From contig CM052818.1 of NCBI GenBank assembly GCA_028534125.1, positions 5,582,001 to 5,646,000 on the forward strand: 64,000 nucleotides of DNA, read 5' to 3'. The notes under the pieces are model-generated. The model saw only the letters and a list, made by a program, of their open reading frames with translations, did no database searches and was not told the DNA's origin. Source of the stretch: Lama glama. Lineage: Eukaryota. This document shows, in pieces, positions 26,450 to 39,600 of the stretch. Position 1 is the first letter of the stretch, and every line of letters begins with the position of its first letter. The position numbers and the translations under genes were made by a program.

Positions 26450-26647
26450 AGCAGCTGGAAAACTCCAGCCCAGGGGCCAAATCATGCAGACCAGCGGCTT
26501 TTGTAAATAAAGCTTGACGGGAACACAGCCACGCCCATTTGTTTTCGTTCTGTCTATGGCTGCTACCAAGGCAGAGGTGAGCAGTTGCAACTGAAACCTA
26601 AAATATTTACCCCTTGGCTTTTTCCAAAAAGTTGGCTGATGTCTGGA
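26450..26647. mobile_element. MER58A-like hAT-Charlie MITE
   Basis: 'ggccaaatc...ttttgtaaataaagc...gaacacagccacgcccatttgttt...gtctatggctgct...ggcagag...cctaaaatatttac'. Confidence 0.8.
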
Positions 26648-27804
26648 CTAGAACATTCATTCTGTTTTCTAACGAAACAATTTCTGCTGTTACTGTTCAA
26701 TAGCAGCAAATTCACAAATATTTTCCCATTCCATTGGCTAGAAAACTAAGTTAGAGCCAGTGGTGCAAGAAAAACATTGATCACATTGTGGTAACCAACA
26801 TAAAGACACTTGGGGTGATTTATCATCTCAGCCTCGCACCACAACTGCTTGGTCTAGATCCACACATCGGTGTCAGGGACACAGTACGAAACTCACATTT
26901 TCTGCCATTTTTATAAGAACAAAGAGTCAGTGCAAAGACTTGGTCACAGAGAGTATTTATAATGATATATCAAAATCATCAAGTGAATTACAAATTAGAC
27001 ATGATAAACTGGTCTTTAGAGTGGGAAGGACATTTCTCACCAGGTGCTAATAATTTGAAGGTAGATTTGACTGCAGGCTTACATAAGTTTGATACAGCAC
27101 TCCCTTAATCAAAGGATAGTTTAAAAGAATCTGAAATGAGCTGACACATTTTGACATGATCACCAATTGCAGTGCAGAGACATGTGCACCGCACATTGGG
27201 AAGGCCTTGGAAAGAGTTTCGTTCGCTTAAGCTACGGATTTTAAATCAGTTCCTGAGATGAATGTTTCAAATATATAAGCTTACGGTTCTGAAACATTCA
27301 GCCAAACCTGAAAAATAGGACATGTGCCTGAAAGTCTTTCCCACTCCTGCACATCCCCATCTTGCTTTGAATTACAGAGTAAACTATAAAAGAACCAGAA
27401 GAATATATAACTTTCAGTGTGAAGGGTAGGGAAGAATATCTAAACATAAAAGCAAAGGAAGAAACCATGAAGAAAAACAGAAACATTTGACACATAAAAC
27501 TTCAAAATATCTGGATAACATAAAGTCATAAAAGCTACAGGGCAAAAGAAAAACCTATATAATATAGAGGGCTGTATTCTTAATATAGTGTGAGTCTTTA
27601 GTATTTATGAAAAATAATAAACAACGTTTATTAAAGTAACCATTCAACAACAACAAAAAAGAAAATAATAACCTAAAAAAAAAATTAACCATTCAAGTGA
27701 TCTTCTGCCCTAATACTGCTTGGGCTTCAAATGAGGACCTCACTGTTCCAGGACTGACATGTGTCCCTGAACTTGAGACTTGCGGTGCTAACAGAAGGAC
27801 ACTT

Positions 27805-27975
27805 CCAGGCAACCCTGGAGTCAGACCGACCTGACTTCAAGTCCGTCTTCCACCATGAGTCTCAATTTCCTCCTCTTAAAATGGTGCTGACATGGGTACT
27901 TAACTCTTTGATTCTTAGTGATGATTAAACAAGATAAAATGTATTATCAGCATATTATCATCATATTATCATCAC
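27805..27975 (+). mobile_element. MIR fragment
   Basis: 'ctggagtcagaccgacctg...tctcaatttcctcctcttaaaatgg...gattaaacaagataa'. Confidence 0.6.
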
Positions 27976-28027
27976 TGTCGGTCAGCTGTGAAGACCTGCT
28001 AAGTGTATTCTCAATATATATTCTTTT

Positions 28028-28168
28028 TTAAAATTTAATTAATTTTATTTTATTTTTAGGGGAGAGGTAATTAGATTTTTATTTATTTTTAATGGAGGTA
28101 CTGGGGAATGAACCCAGGATCTTGTGCTTGCTAAGCACGTGCTCTGCCACTGAGCTACACCGTCCACC
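28028..28168 (-). mobile_element. tRNA-Ala-derived SINE (Vic-1-like), long-tail form
   Basis: Antisense head and 'gaggtaattag' tail; TSD ctcaatatatattctttt (28010-28027) / ctcaatatctattctttt (28169-28186). Confidence 0.92.
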
Positions 28169-28329
28169 CTCAATATCTATTCTTTTATTCCCATCTACAG
28201 AACCCCAGATTGGGGAAACCTTAAACAAATAATGCTGGATTCCTTGATGGAAGTCGTCATCTGACCTAGCTCTGGTCACTGGGAAAAAGAAGGAAGTTTT
28301 TGGCTGAGACTTCCAAGAATGTGCCTTAA

Positions 28330-28672
28330 AGTATATGGATGTGTGGGCACGGGGTGAGGGCAGTCATAACTGGTGACTACAATTTACTTTGCTTTTCCAC
28401 TCGCTCCTGCCTCAAACACAGATGCTGGAAGCAGAGCCACCATCCTGGGACCCTCCCAAGGGTGGCAAAAAGACGCTGAGGATGGCTGGGTGCAAAGAGA
28501 CAAGGAGTCCACTCCTCCCCTGGCATCATGGAACCACCAGATGTGTCTTGGATTTCTGACATCTGGACTTGTTACTCTGCAAGAAAAAAAAAAGAAAACC
28601 TCCAATTTGTTTAAGCCGCTGTTTCCAGGTTTGTGTTATTCACAGTCAAAAAGAATTCTCAATCAATATTGG
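28330..28672 (+). mobile_element. Old MaLR LTR (MLT1J/K/L-like)
   Basis: 'cctgcctcaaacacagatgctggaagcagagccaccatcctgggac...tctggacttgtt...ttgtttaagccgctg...tgttattcacagtcaaaagaattct'. Confidence 0.6.
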
Positions 28673-28869
28673 GCACACACCAACAGAAATAGAGGCAACG
28701 GATTCAAACAGGCAATTTAACAAACAAACAAACAAAAAGTACAAAGATTGGGTAAGTGTGATAAATCTGATTATATAGTTATTGTTACATAAATATAAAC
28801 ATGACACTGTATTTACCTGTCATGTTGATAACAAGCTAAAGAGAATAGTTAAAACAACATATTTAACTG

Positions 28870-29540
28870 CTCAATATCACTAATGATCAGAGAAATGCAA
28901 ATCAAAACTGCAATGAGGTATCACTTCACACCAGTCAGAATGGCCATCATTCAAAAGTCCACAAATGACAAATGCTGGAGAGGCTGTGGAGAAAAGGGAA
29001 GCCTCCTTCACTGCTGGTGGGAATGCAGTTTGGTGCAGCCACTGTGGAAAACAGTATGGAGATTCCTCAAAAGACTAGGAATAGACTTACCATATGACCC
29101 AGGAATCCCACTCCTGGGCATATATCCAGAAGGAACCCTACTTCAAAATGACACCTGCAGCCCAATGTTCATAGCAGCACTATTGACAATAGCCAAGACA
29201 TGGAAACAGCATAAATGTCCATCAATAGATGACTGGTTAAAGAAAGTGGTATATTTATATAATGGAATACTATTCAGCCATAAAAATGACACCATAACGC
29301 CATTTGTAGCAACATGGATGTCCCTGGAGAATGTCATTCTAAGTGAAGTAAGCCAGAAAGAGAAAGAAAAATACCATATGAGATAGCTCATATGTGGAAT
29401 CTAAAAATTGAGAACATAAATACAAAACAGAAATAGACTCATAGACATAGAATACAAACTTGTGGTTACCAAGGGGGTGGGGGATGGGAAGGGACAGACT
29501 GGGATTTCAAAATGTAGAATAGATAAACAAGATTATACTG
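28870..29540 (+). mobile_element. Younger L1 fragment: non-functional ORF2 C-terminal cysteine-rich region and start of 3'UTR, cut by the gap
   Basis: ORF 28883-29386 '[20 protein letters not shown]...[18 protein letters not shown]...' is L1 ORF2p; 5'-truncated, locally frameshifted ([12 protein letters not shown] in place of LWYIYTMEYYSA) and stops early. Confidence 0.95.
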
Positions 29541-29640
29541 NNNNNNNNNNNNNNNNNNNNNNNNNNNNNNNNNNNNNNNNNNNNNNNNNNNNNNNNNNNN
29601 NNNNNNNNNNNNNNNNNNNNNNNNNNNNNNNNNNNNNNNN
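29541..29640. other. Assembly gap (100 N)
   Basis: Exactly 100 N. Confidence 1.
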
Positions 29641-29704
29641 ACAATTACTTTTATTTTGCCATGTTTTCTTCTGACTCTTTTCAAAGAAAGAAAATTCAGT
29701 AGAT

Positions 29705-29843
29705 TCATATGTGTATATGTATGACAGAAACATTATGCTGGACACCAGAAATTGATGTAACATTGTCAACTGATTATACTTCAATAAAAAATAAATAAAA
29801 ATATGTAATTTTTGTATAATAAAAAACAAAAGCAAGCTAAAAA
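29705..29843 (+). mobile_element. Younger L1, short 3' end with its own TSD
   Basis: 'caccagaaattgatgtaacattgtcaactgattatacttcaataaaa'; TSD aaaattcagtagat (29691-29704) / aaaattcaatagat (29844-29857). Confidence 0.88.
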
Positions 29844-29944
29844 AAAATTCAATAGATGCAATGGAAGCCCCCTATCTTTTTCCGGATCCATTACCAGTGC
29901 TGTGAATCCTCCCTGCCTAGGTTTTTATACTTTTATTACATAAG

Positions 29945-29978
<34 letters not shown>

Positions 29979-30049
29979 AATGTATGCAAAACAATATGTT
30001 GTTTAATATGCAGTTTAACAAGTTACATGTGGTGCATGTTTTTTTACTT

Positions 30050-31260
30050 ATTATACTTTATTTTTAGAGCAGTTTTAGATTCACAGCAAAATTGGGCATG
30101 AAGTACAAACAATTCGTATATACATCCTGTTCCCACACATACACAACCTTTTTGTTGTTGTTGTTAATAAACTTTATTTTTAGAAAGTGGTGTATTTTTA
30201 AATTTCACATATTTGTTACAATTCTCTCCATTCAATTCTTTCAAGAACTGCTTTTTTAACTTTTTAACTCAATATTATAAATTTGAGATTCACTCCCATG
30301 TATGTACCTAGTTTGTACTCACATGGATACATATGTACCTAGTTCATGCTAGCTGGTGGGAAACAGCATGGTGTCTCATTGTGGTTTTGATTTGCATTTC
30401 CCTGTGGCTAATGCAGTTGAGTATCTTTTCATGTGTTTATTGGTCCTTTGAACACCTTCTTTAGGTAAACATCTATTCAAACCCTTTGCCTAGTATTTTA
30501 AATTGGGCTGTCTTTTTATTGTTTAGATGTAAGAATTCGTTATATATTCTGGATACTAGTATTTCATTAGATGTATGTTTGCAAATATTTTTTCCCACTC
30601 TGTAAGTAATATTTTCACTTTCTTGATAGTGTCCTTTGAAGCACAAACCCTTTTAACCTTAATAAAGTCCAATTTATCTCTGTTTCCTTTGTTATTTATT
30701 AAGTCCAATTTATCTCTGTTTCCTTTGTTACTTGTGCTTTGATGACATATCTAAGAAACCACTGCCAACTCTAAAGTGATGGAGATGGACACTTAATTTT
30801 TCTTCTAAGAGTTTTATAGTTTAACTCTCATAATTAGGTCTTTGATCCATTTTTTAGTTAGTTTCTGGATATGGTATGAGATGCAGGTCCAACTTCATTC
30901 TTCCGCACTTGTGTTTCTAGCTATACTGTCCTTCCTTCACGGTTGCATTTTGTGACTATTTTAAGAAATTATTTCGCAGCCTGCTATGTTTACCTATAAT
31001 TTCCCCTAGAAGCTTGAAATTCGGGGGTTTTACTTTTATGTAAATCTACATGGATTTGATTTTTGGGTTGGTGTAAAGTCGGAATCCAACTTCCTTTCTT
31101 CTCTATGACTACCATTTGACACAGTGGCATTTTCTAAATACCCTAGCCTTTTCCTCCTGATCTATGTAATACTTCCTCTGTCAAACAACAAATCTCCATA
31201 CCCACTTGGGTATGTTTCCGGGTTCTCTATTCTGTTTTACCATTCTGCTTGTCAAACATT
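30050..31260 (-). mobile_element. Old L1M fragments (ORF2 and 3' region), probably several pieces
   Basis: 'gtgtctcattgtggttttgatttgcatttccctg...ctggatactagt...ttcttctaagagttttatagttt...ggtctttgatccattt' is antisense L1 ORF2. Confidence 0.85.
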
Positions 31261-32986
31261 TAAATTAGTAGGAGCTTTATAACTCGTCATTGGATTTTTA
31301 AATATTCAATTATTCTTCTCATTTCTAGAACATCTACTTGACCCTTTTGCAAACATGGTTCTTCTTTGTCCATGATTTTTGAAGTTTCTTTGTGATTTCT
31401 ATTTCTTCTTTTATCTCTAATTAACATATGGCATATATAGTCTCATTTAGATTATTCTATAATGTCCAATGTCAGAACTATTAATCTCCTATTAGTTACA
31501 GCTGTTGATTCTTCTTCAAGGAGGCTCCTATCGCCACGTGGTGAGGTCATTCTCTATCAGGGTTCCTTTCTTGATGATTCTTAGGGTGGAGGAAATGTAT
31601 TAACAGAGAAGTTTTTGTTTACTCTTGTAGGATTCTAGGAGTTTCACCTAGTCTGTGACTTATTTTGGAATGTTTTATTAACTTGAAATCACACCATGTG
31701 AACAGGAAAATTGAGACCTTTCTCCTGGTTATGGTGGCTTGACTTCCATCAGGTCACTCTTCCATAGTTTTCTGCATGGAGCCCAAGTGTATGCCAAGAT
31801 CATTTACAGTCCTTGTACTTTTCAAATCCCATTTTGGTGGACAAGGTACATTTTAAGACTTCCAGCTTTATCCAGGGTTAGCATTAATACTGCTTCTTTT
31901 GGAAAACATTTTAACAAAGGTTGTAACGGTCTTTCTAAAATACTGCAACATAATGAGTGCTTGTAGGTATCGAGGTCAAACAGACTACAACATTAAGACA
32001 ATACATTTATTTATGATAAAGCCTGGTAACGTCATCATACTTTCAAACTTGATTAGAAGGGAAAGAGCCAGCATATGGATCTTCCTGAAAATATGGGTTG
32101 AGGAACCCATTTTTAATCTCCAAAATTTTACCTACAGCAAAAGTAACTGTCATTCTGCTTCCTATCTCTAAAAAAGAATTTCACACCATTTGAGGATCAT
32201 TGTTCTAAGTGATAAGTCTTCATGAACAAATGTATAGACCATAGATATCAAACTGTTTAAAACTGGACAATTGTTTGCTGAATTTGGAGGAAAATATTAC
32301 AGTTTGTACTTTATAACGTTGACATATACACTAGTAAACTCAGAAAGATTCTGATCCGTTCTTTTCATTTAATTTTATATGTCTAAAAGAGTATTACTAT
32401 AAAGTTGGGATTTTTTAGGCAGTTCTGTTTATCAGTGTCCATCATTCACAATTTTTTTATGTGTGTAGTTTTTAGATTATAACATTTCTATTTCTTTGAA
32501 CAGGGTTTATCCTAGTATCATGAGTATTGAATAGATAACAAAACATTTTTTTTCATGTTGCAGATGCCATAAGGTACCAATGGTATTTCCAACAAGCAGA
32601 AGTGTTCTTGAAGTCTTATGCAAGTCAAATTTATTTCTAATGAGATAGGAAAATACATTATGGAAATACCATGATGTACCTTTATTTAATTGACTAACAA
32701 AACCCCTACTTTATTAGAAAGTTGTGATTGTCATTTATCAGGTCTCTTAAGACAAAGGTATTTCTTGACCTTAGCCGCTAGTAACAATCAACTCTTTGGC
32801 TTTTCAAAGCAAAATCTAATGCCCCCTTGAAAGAAATTCAAAATGGCAGAACTGAGAAACAAAGTCTGGAGAGACATATGGAACCTCTCAGAGAAACTTA
32901 GAGTAAATTAAATAATCCTGGTTACAGAAAAACAACTTTTTTCTACTTTACTCTACTGTGAGTTTCATTTAATAAAAGGTTAATTA

Positions 32987-33653
32987 TGAAAACAGACTTG
33001 CCCTACAATCTAGCAATCCCATTCCTGGGCATATATTTGAGGGGAAACTCTAATTCGGTAAGACATATGCACCCAGTGTTCATAGCAGCACTATTTACAA
33101 TAGCCAAGACATGGAAGCAACCTAAATGTCCATTGCAGATGACTGGATAAAGAAGAAGTGGCACATATATACAATGGAATACTACTCAGCCATAAAGAAA
33201 GAATAAAAATAGTGCCATTTGCAGCAACATGGATGGACCTGGAGACTGTCATACTAAGTAAAGTAAGTCAGACAGAGAAAGACAAATATCATGTGATATC
33301 ACTTATGTGTAGAACCTAAAAAAAAAAAAAGGACAAAAATGAACTTATTTACAAAACAGGGACAGACTCACAGACATAGAAAACAAACATATGGTTACCA
33401 GGGGGGACGGGAGTAGAGAGGGATAAATTGGGAGTTTGAGATTTTCAGATACACACTACCAAATATAAAATATAGAAAACAACAGATAAACAATTAGATC
33501 CTACTGTACAGCACAGGGAACTATATTCAATACTTTGTAATGGCCTATAATGAAAAAGAATATATGTATGTATGTATGTATAAATGAAACACTATGCTAA
33601 ACACCAGAAATTAACACAACATTGTAAACTAAGTATAGATTGATCAATCAATC
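32987..33653 (+). mobile_element. Younger L1, 5'-truncated (ORF2 end and 3'UTR)
   Basis: 'gcaatcccattcctgggcatatat...gttcatagcagcactatttacaatagccaagacatgg...caccagaaattaacacaacattgtaaact'; TSD aataaaaggttaatta (32971-32986) / aataaaagttaatca (33654-33668). Confidence 0.93.
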
Positions 33654-36600
33654 AATAAAAGTTAATCAACAAAGATCAATCATTTGCCTTCCTGAATTTA
33701 AAAAATAAATAGCCCATTTAAGCATATGCTAAAATGTGATAAGGCTAGTTACAAAATTTATCACATTTTCACAGAAATACATAGGTTATTAGCAAGATAA
33801 TGAGCGATGAGTAACATTTTCTCCAAGCTATTAAATTCTTTTAATGTTCTATAGTACAAGGAAATGTGGATTTAATTTGTGGTTATACTTTTAAGGATTC
33901 TTATCAGTATCTCTCCAGTGAGTTGTTATTCCAGAACGTGTGTAACTCTTGGTAGAGAAACCTCTCATTTTATATTCTTGCAAGTTGGAACCAAAAGAAA
34001 GGGTACGGGAGTTGCGGACACTCAAAGGTTTAATCTTCCTGGCACAACTGAACTATTAGAAGTTTGACTGCCATCCAAGATACTGAATGCCTTTTACGTT
34101 TCCTGTTCATTTTGGATGGGAGCAGACGAAGTGGAGCCTGAGTCATCCTTCAAGTCAGCCCCCTAAGAATAGAGGATTTAAGACTAGAGATTGCCTAGTT
34201 GCAATCAGCCTGACTCAGTGTTCATATTATGGGAGGTGAAGAATGGCTTTCACTACAATTCCAAAAACACAAGAGATGGCCCAGAGTCCAGAACCAGGCG
34301 ATGGGAGATCTGAAACATGAGGAGTCTTATTAAATCAATCGATCAAGAAATATTTATAAAGCACCTAAATGTGTTTACTGTTATATTAGGCAAGAAAAGA
34401 TCAAACCTCAAGGAAAAGGGGGAAAATAAATAACCAAGGAGGCAGCACATGGGAGTACATAACACTACACAGGTAGAATTCGTGTCACAAGAGGGAACCA
34501 AAGAGCACAGAGAATACAAGTAAAACTCAAGAGTAAAAAAATAGAAAAACAATGGGAAAAGAGGATAGATATAAAGAGCTGGTCAAGTAGCAAGAATGCA
34601 TAAATTTTCTAAAAAGTGTGGGCTAAAGAGAGTCACACCTGGCCCAAAAGATGATGCAGGAGTTGAAGTAACAGGATCAAGTCTAAGGTCATATAATGTC
34701 AGGTCTCAGGGAACCTCGGGGACCTGACCCCTGCTCCCTCCAGGAAGGGAGGCAAGTGTCCTGCAGTCAGGTCACACAAAGAAGCAGATTTCAGACTAGA
34801 ACCCAGCAATCTAACTCCAGCTCAGGGTCTCAAAGCAAAAGAGAGAAATCATGAAAGCCGTGGCCATGGCCATAAAGAAGAGAAAGAGGTTTGAGAACAG
34901 AAAGAGAAGGAATGAATGCTGGATACAGGCGCAAAGCATCCTTAGTATGGCCTGAATTCTAGGAGGTCCAGCCAAGCAGAAGGAGAGGCCGTGCCTTTGA
35001 TTTCCACATGCCACCAGATTATTTGAGTTTTAAAATGCCCATTTACCTAGGACGCTTGACTTGACTGCATGTGTCTGCGGATCCTTGGCTTTTTTTTTTT
35101 TTTTCTCTTTCCTAACACCTCCTTTTTCTCGTTGAGAAGCACTGAAATACAATTTGAGAAACACTATAGCGCACTCGACCTTTTTCAAATCTCCCAGACA
35201 AACTCCAAACTCGCCAGCTTTCCCCATCTCAGGAGTGTGAAATCTTATTTTCCAGTTCTCTGCTCAAATTTAACAAGCCACCTCCTGCTTAACCTTCTTC
35301 TGGGAAACCTGAAAGTACCAGACAATTGTATGCCCAACCCTTGCTTCTAGGAGCGCCCCCCAATTCTCCCCATCAGAAGTCCGGAGAGCCACAATTTCAA
35401 GTCTCTGATAATAGCCTTCAGTGACCCAGGGTAACACATTAAGGTTTAACTTATGTCTTTGCACCTTAAATACAAAAGAACATCCCCCACCCACCAAAAA
35501 AACCAAAAAACAAAACAAGGCATCTTTCTAACCGTCCTCCCATCTTCCCAGCCTTTGACTTTCAGAGAAAAACATTTAGACAGCATTTCATTATCTCCAA
35601 ATTCTCAAAGACTGATTAAATGAATCTATGTGGAGACTGGGTTCCTGTTGACAATATTCTTGTTTTTACTGCTTTCTGGTGAAGATGTATTTAGTAAAAA
35701 CACTACGGCTCTCAATTAGGCAGCTGGGTGACTTATAAATATATATTTATGTTTGAAGCCTAAGTGGCCATTGGCTTCCCTACTGTTTTACTTAGCTAAC
35801 AAAACAACTCTATCAAAGTAAGTATTATTCCAAAACCCAACTTCCTGAGCAGAATGCTCCCATGTGCTCCATCAGTCTGGCTCTCTGATGAACTACATCG
35901 TTTCTTATAAACTGTCCATGGCCCATAAATTTCCAAGCATAAAGGCTATTACTGTGCTGTGCAAATCTGCTGAGAATTTGGGTCTTTCGAACTCCATTTT
36001 ACCTGGTTGGAAATGAGGCTGGGGGATGTCAGTCCATCTCCAAACTTCCTCTCCCCCCACTGCCTTGTCAGCCCCACTCCCATTTTCATCAGTGAGAATC
36101 ATTTAATGTGCACAAGATTGGAAAAGGGTTTCTTTTGACTGATTTTAAGCAGCTTCTGCATCAAATTAGCATCTTCTCTCTTGGCAAGTGCTACATATCA
36201 GGGAAGAGAAAAGAGAGATTGGGGCAATTTTCTAATTAATCTGGGAAGTGTGGATGGGAAAACTCAGAAGGTTAAAAAAGACAATCCTCTTTTCTTGTAC
36301 CAGTTACATGATTCTAGACAATAGTGGAAGCGAAGTCACAAGAGGATAATTCAGAATCCCAGTGAATGGCTACATCTAGTTGACATCAGCCCAAATTATG
36401 TTACTTGAGACCATAGAGTTGACAGGCTGCTACCAGATTCTGGTCTAAATATGAATAGCAAGTCGGTCAGCAGCCAAGTAACTGGCATCATCTGCTCTTA
36501 CGTTTGTGCTTCATAGTGTATGATGGGTTCATAGACGTAATCTCTTTTGACCTTCATGAATAGGTACCAAGGATTTAGAAGGAGAAATGGGTCAATAACA

Positions 36601-39600
36601 TGTCGTTGTCCCTGAGACTTTTTGACAACTCGTTACCAACTTCCTTCAGTTTCATTTATGATAAAAGCAATGAGGGTGGTATCAGCAGTAGGTGTGCAGT
36701 GTGATCAGAAAACCAGGGTATCACTAAGCGTTTGCTACAAAGGAAATTAGAACATAAGCCAATGTTTTCTGAAGCTAAACCACTTCAGTTTATCAACATC
36801 GAATCTGACAGTTTTGAGAGCAAACTAATCCACCTTAGAATTTTTAAGGCAGATAGGGAAGACTCTCCAAGCGAAGGAAGGAAGGAAGGAGGAAGATTTC
36901 TGTTAACTTCAGACATGATGTTTCCTGGGGTTTTCCCCTTGTGCTAAAGAAGTGGTCTCACCTTGCCATCCCCCATCCTAGAACCTGTCTTTTAACCTTC
37001 ACACTTCCATTCACATCTCATTAAGTAAACGGTGAGATGCTCTGCTATGGTTAGTCTCTTTGACACAGAATTACAAATGTTTTGTTGAAGAACTCTTTCT
37101 AGCGTATGAGAAAACTGTGGTTCTTTGTGTGATGTATTTAGTGCAAAGGGGGCTAGTAAATTCTAAGGAAAGAAGAGACGTTTTGCTTCTTTAATCACTT
37201 TAAAACCACTAAAAAAAATTTTTTTCCCAGGTAGTTATAACTCTAATGTGAATGCATTCATCAAGTTCACTAACTGTATCGAAGACAGAGGATTTGGGGT
37301 AAGGGAGAAGACAGAATGAAATAACATCCCAGCATCTCAGTGTCTGGGTCTAAAAATTTCTTTCCATAAAGTCGTACTTATAAGATTACTGTTGCATTTA
37401 TAATATCATGATAGTTTTCATCTTTCATTTCTTGAAAAATATTGTTTATTGTACTATAATATATATTCCACAACAAGTAGGATTCCGCAGTGCCATATTT
37501 TTTTTTCCAGATGTAATTCTCCCCACTATTTATATATAAGATTTTCACTAAAATTCTCTTTCCAGGGAAATTTTCAAAATTAATGTCATAATTTTTAATA
37601 AAATCACAACCATTACATGCCATTGAATGATTTTTAAAATCTCGATATAAAAATCCTAGGTGACTGAACTAAGAAGTAAAAAATAGCACAGAAAGTTATG
37701 TTTCAGCGTTTCCTTGGCAAGTCACTCATTTAAAGTGCTTATTACATTGTGCAAGATGAGGTTACACTCTCCTGCAAGGTTTCCTTTAAAAAGATCATAA
37801 AATCTCACTGTGAATATTTAACTGAAGAGTAATAACATAGTGTCAGATACTTACACAGCATAATGTTGTGACACTCTGCATTGTGACATCTGTCCAGACA
37901 GATGTTTAAAACTTAAATTCTTCAAGACTATTTTTTTTTAAGTTCTATAGAAAAAGATCTGGGAATCATTTTTTATGCTAATGCTACTTTGTTACAATTT
38001 CACTGTCTACAATTTAATTAATGGAAACAGAGACAGAAAAGCCACTGATTTACATATGCTTTCGGAGAAGAATTTGGTCAAATTAAACAAAACAAAACGA
38101 AACAAAAAAACTACAACTAACTTTCCTTAGGGACACACCATCATCAATCACCTTGTCTTCTTACATGGTTTACATATATATATATAAAAAATACAGTTTC
38201 TTATTTGGGTTTTTTTTTTATTTGAGTCAGTATAGCAAGTAATTTGATCTCAAAAAGGAATCATTAACCTTCAAAGCAACAATAGCCATGTTTTATTGTT
38301 CAGAAAGGTGTCTTTCTTCTATGCCATAATGTCGCTGCTAAATATGAATGTGATATATTTCTTTTTAATTAAAAGTAGTTGCATTGTGGTGTGATTTTTA
38401 ATAACTTCAGCGTCTTCGGATTTGTACATTTTAGATTCATGTTGAAACTTGTACACCACCACATGCTGATTGCAAAATTCATTAGCGCGTAAATCATGTT
38501 TTAGGGACCGTCTTTTAAACAAAGTTGGTTTGATGGCGGAGTTCTCACTGGTTGGCTTATTTATTATGAAGGTTTGCCAGGCTGAGCCGTTAAGTTAATC
38601 AGTAACCAATAAAAGATTTAAACCTATAGCCAGAGATGAATCAATTTATTACTTACAAAGGTTTGGGACTTCTTAATAAACACTCATGAACATACGCTGT
38701 AATGGTTACTTCAGAAATCTGACTTCCACGCTGCAGGCAGAGCTTAAAGGAGATTTCCTAGTTCAGTTGAAAACAGAAAAGAGTACACATTATTTTCCTC
38801 TGTTTTATTGTCTGACTACGTGTCCATGCAAGATACTCAACTTGATTTGCATTAGAATCAACGTGCAGTTTGCTGTTTCTGTTTTGCAACATGGCTTAGG
38901 GTGTCGCTGTCACCTGAGATAGAATCTTTTCACTTAGCCTTGGTTTCTCGTAGGTATTATAACGTCACTAACTTTCAGCAAGGTCACGGGAACTCGCTCT
39001 TGGAAGGTTCTGATGTTATAATCTTATTCAGTAAATTTTTATGGAAGAAAACCATGATGCCAAACATAATTAGGACCACGTTAAAAGGGTGGGCAAAAGC
39101 TTCTTTTCCTCCACTGGACCATTTTAGAAAACAAACAAGAAATGTGAAACCTTATGCCTTTACCACTGGAATTTATGTAAAAGCTGTGAAACCTTGGGAA
39201 AAAAATCTCTGGGTCTCAGTTTCCTTATCATTAAAATGATGTGGGGCGGGGGGTAAAGGCTTGAAAGCAATCATATCTAAATTCCTAGCACATACTGAAA
39301 TTCTATGATCTTATGAGTCCGTTACAATCCCCTTTTAACTCAGAAGAACACACTTGCACCTCCAAAGCTAATGCAAAGACATGCAATGGAGTCTTTCCAA
39401 CAAATTGTTACCCGGAGTGATTACTTGTACTCACAGACCATGTTCTCACAAAGTTAAGGGAAGGTTTAAGGTTTTGTCTAGAAAATTCAGGTCAATCTAA
39501 TCTATGATGGGGTCAGACAATCAAGATTTAAGAAAAGAATAAACACTCACAACCATGTGGGGGATGAATTATTCAGATGACTGCTCAGATCTCTACTTCC

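Noticed and set aside
28883..29386. 167-aa ORF as a host gene
   Set aside because: It is a truncated, frameshifted L1 ORF2p C-terminus.
32545..32640. Possible exon after 'ttttttttcatgttgcag'
   Set aside because: Isolated acceptor-like site with no convincing reading frame, donor or partner exons.
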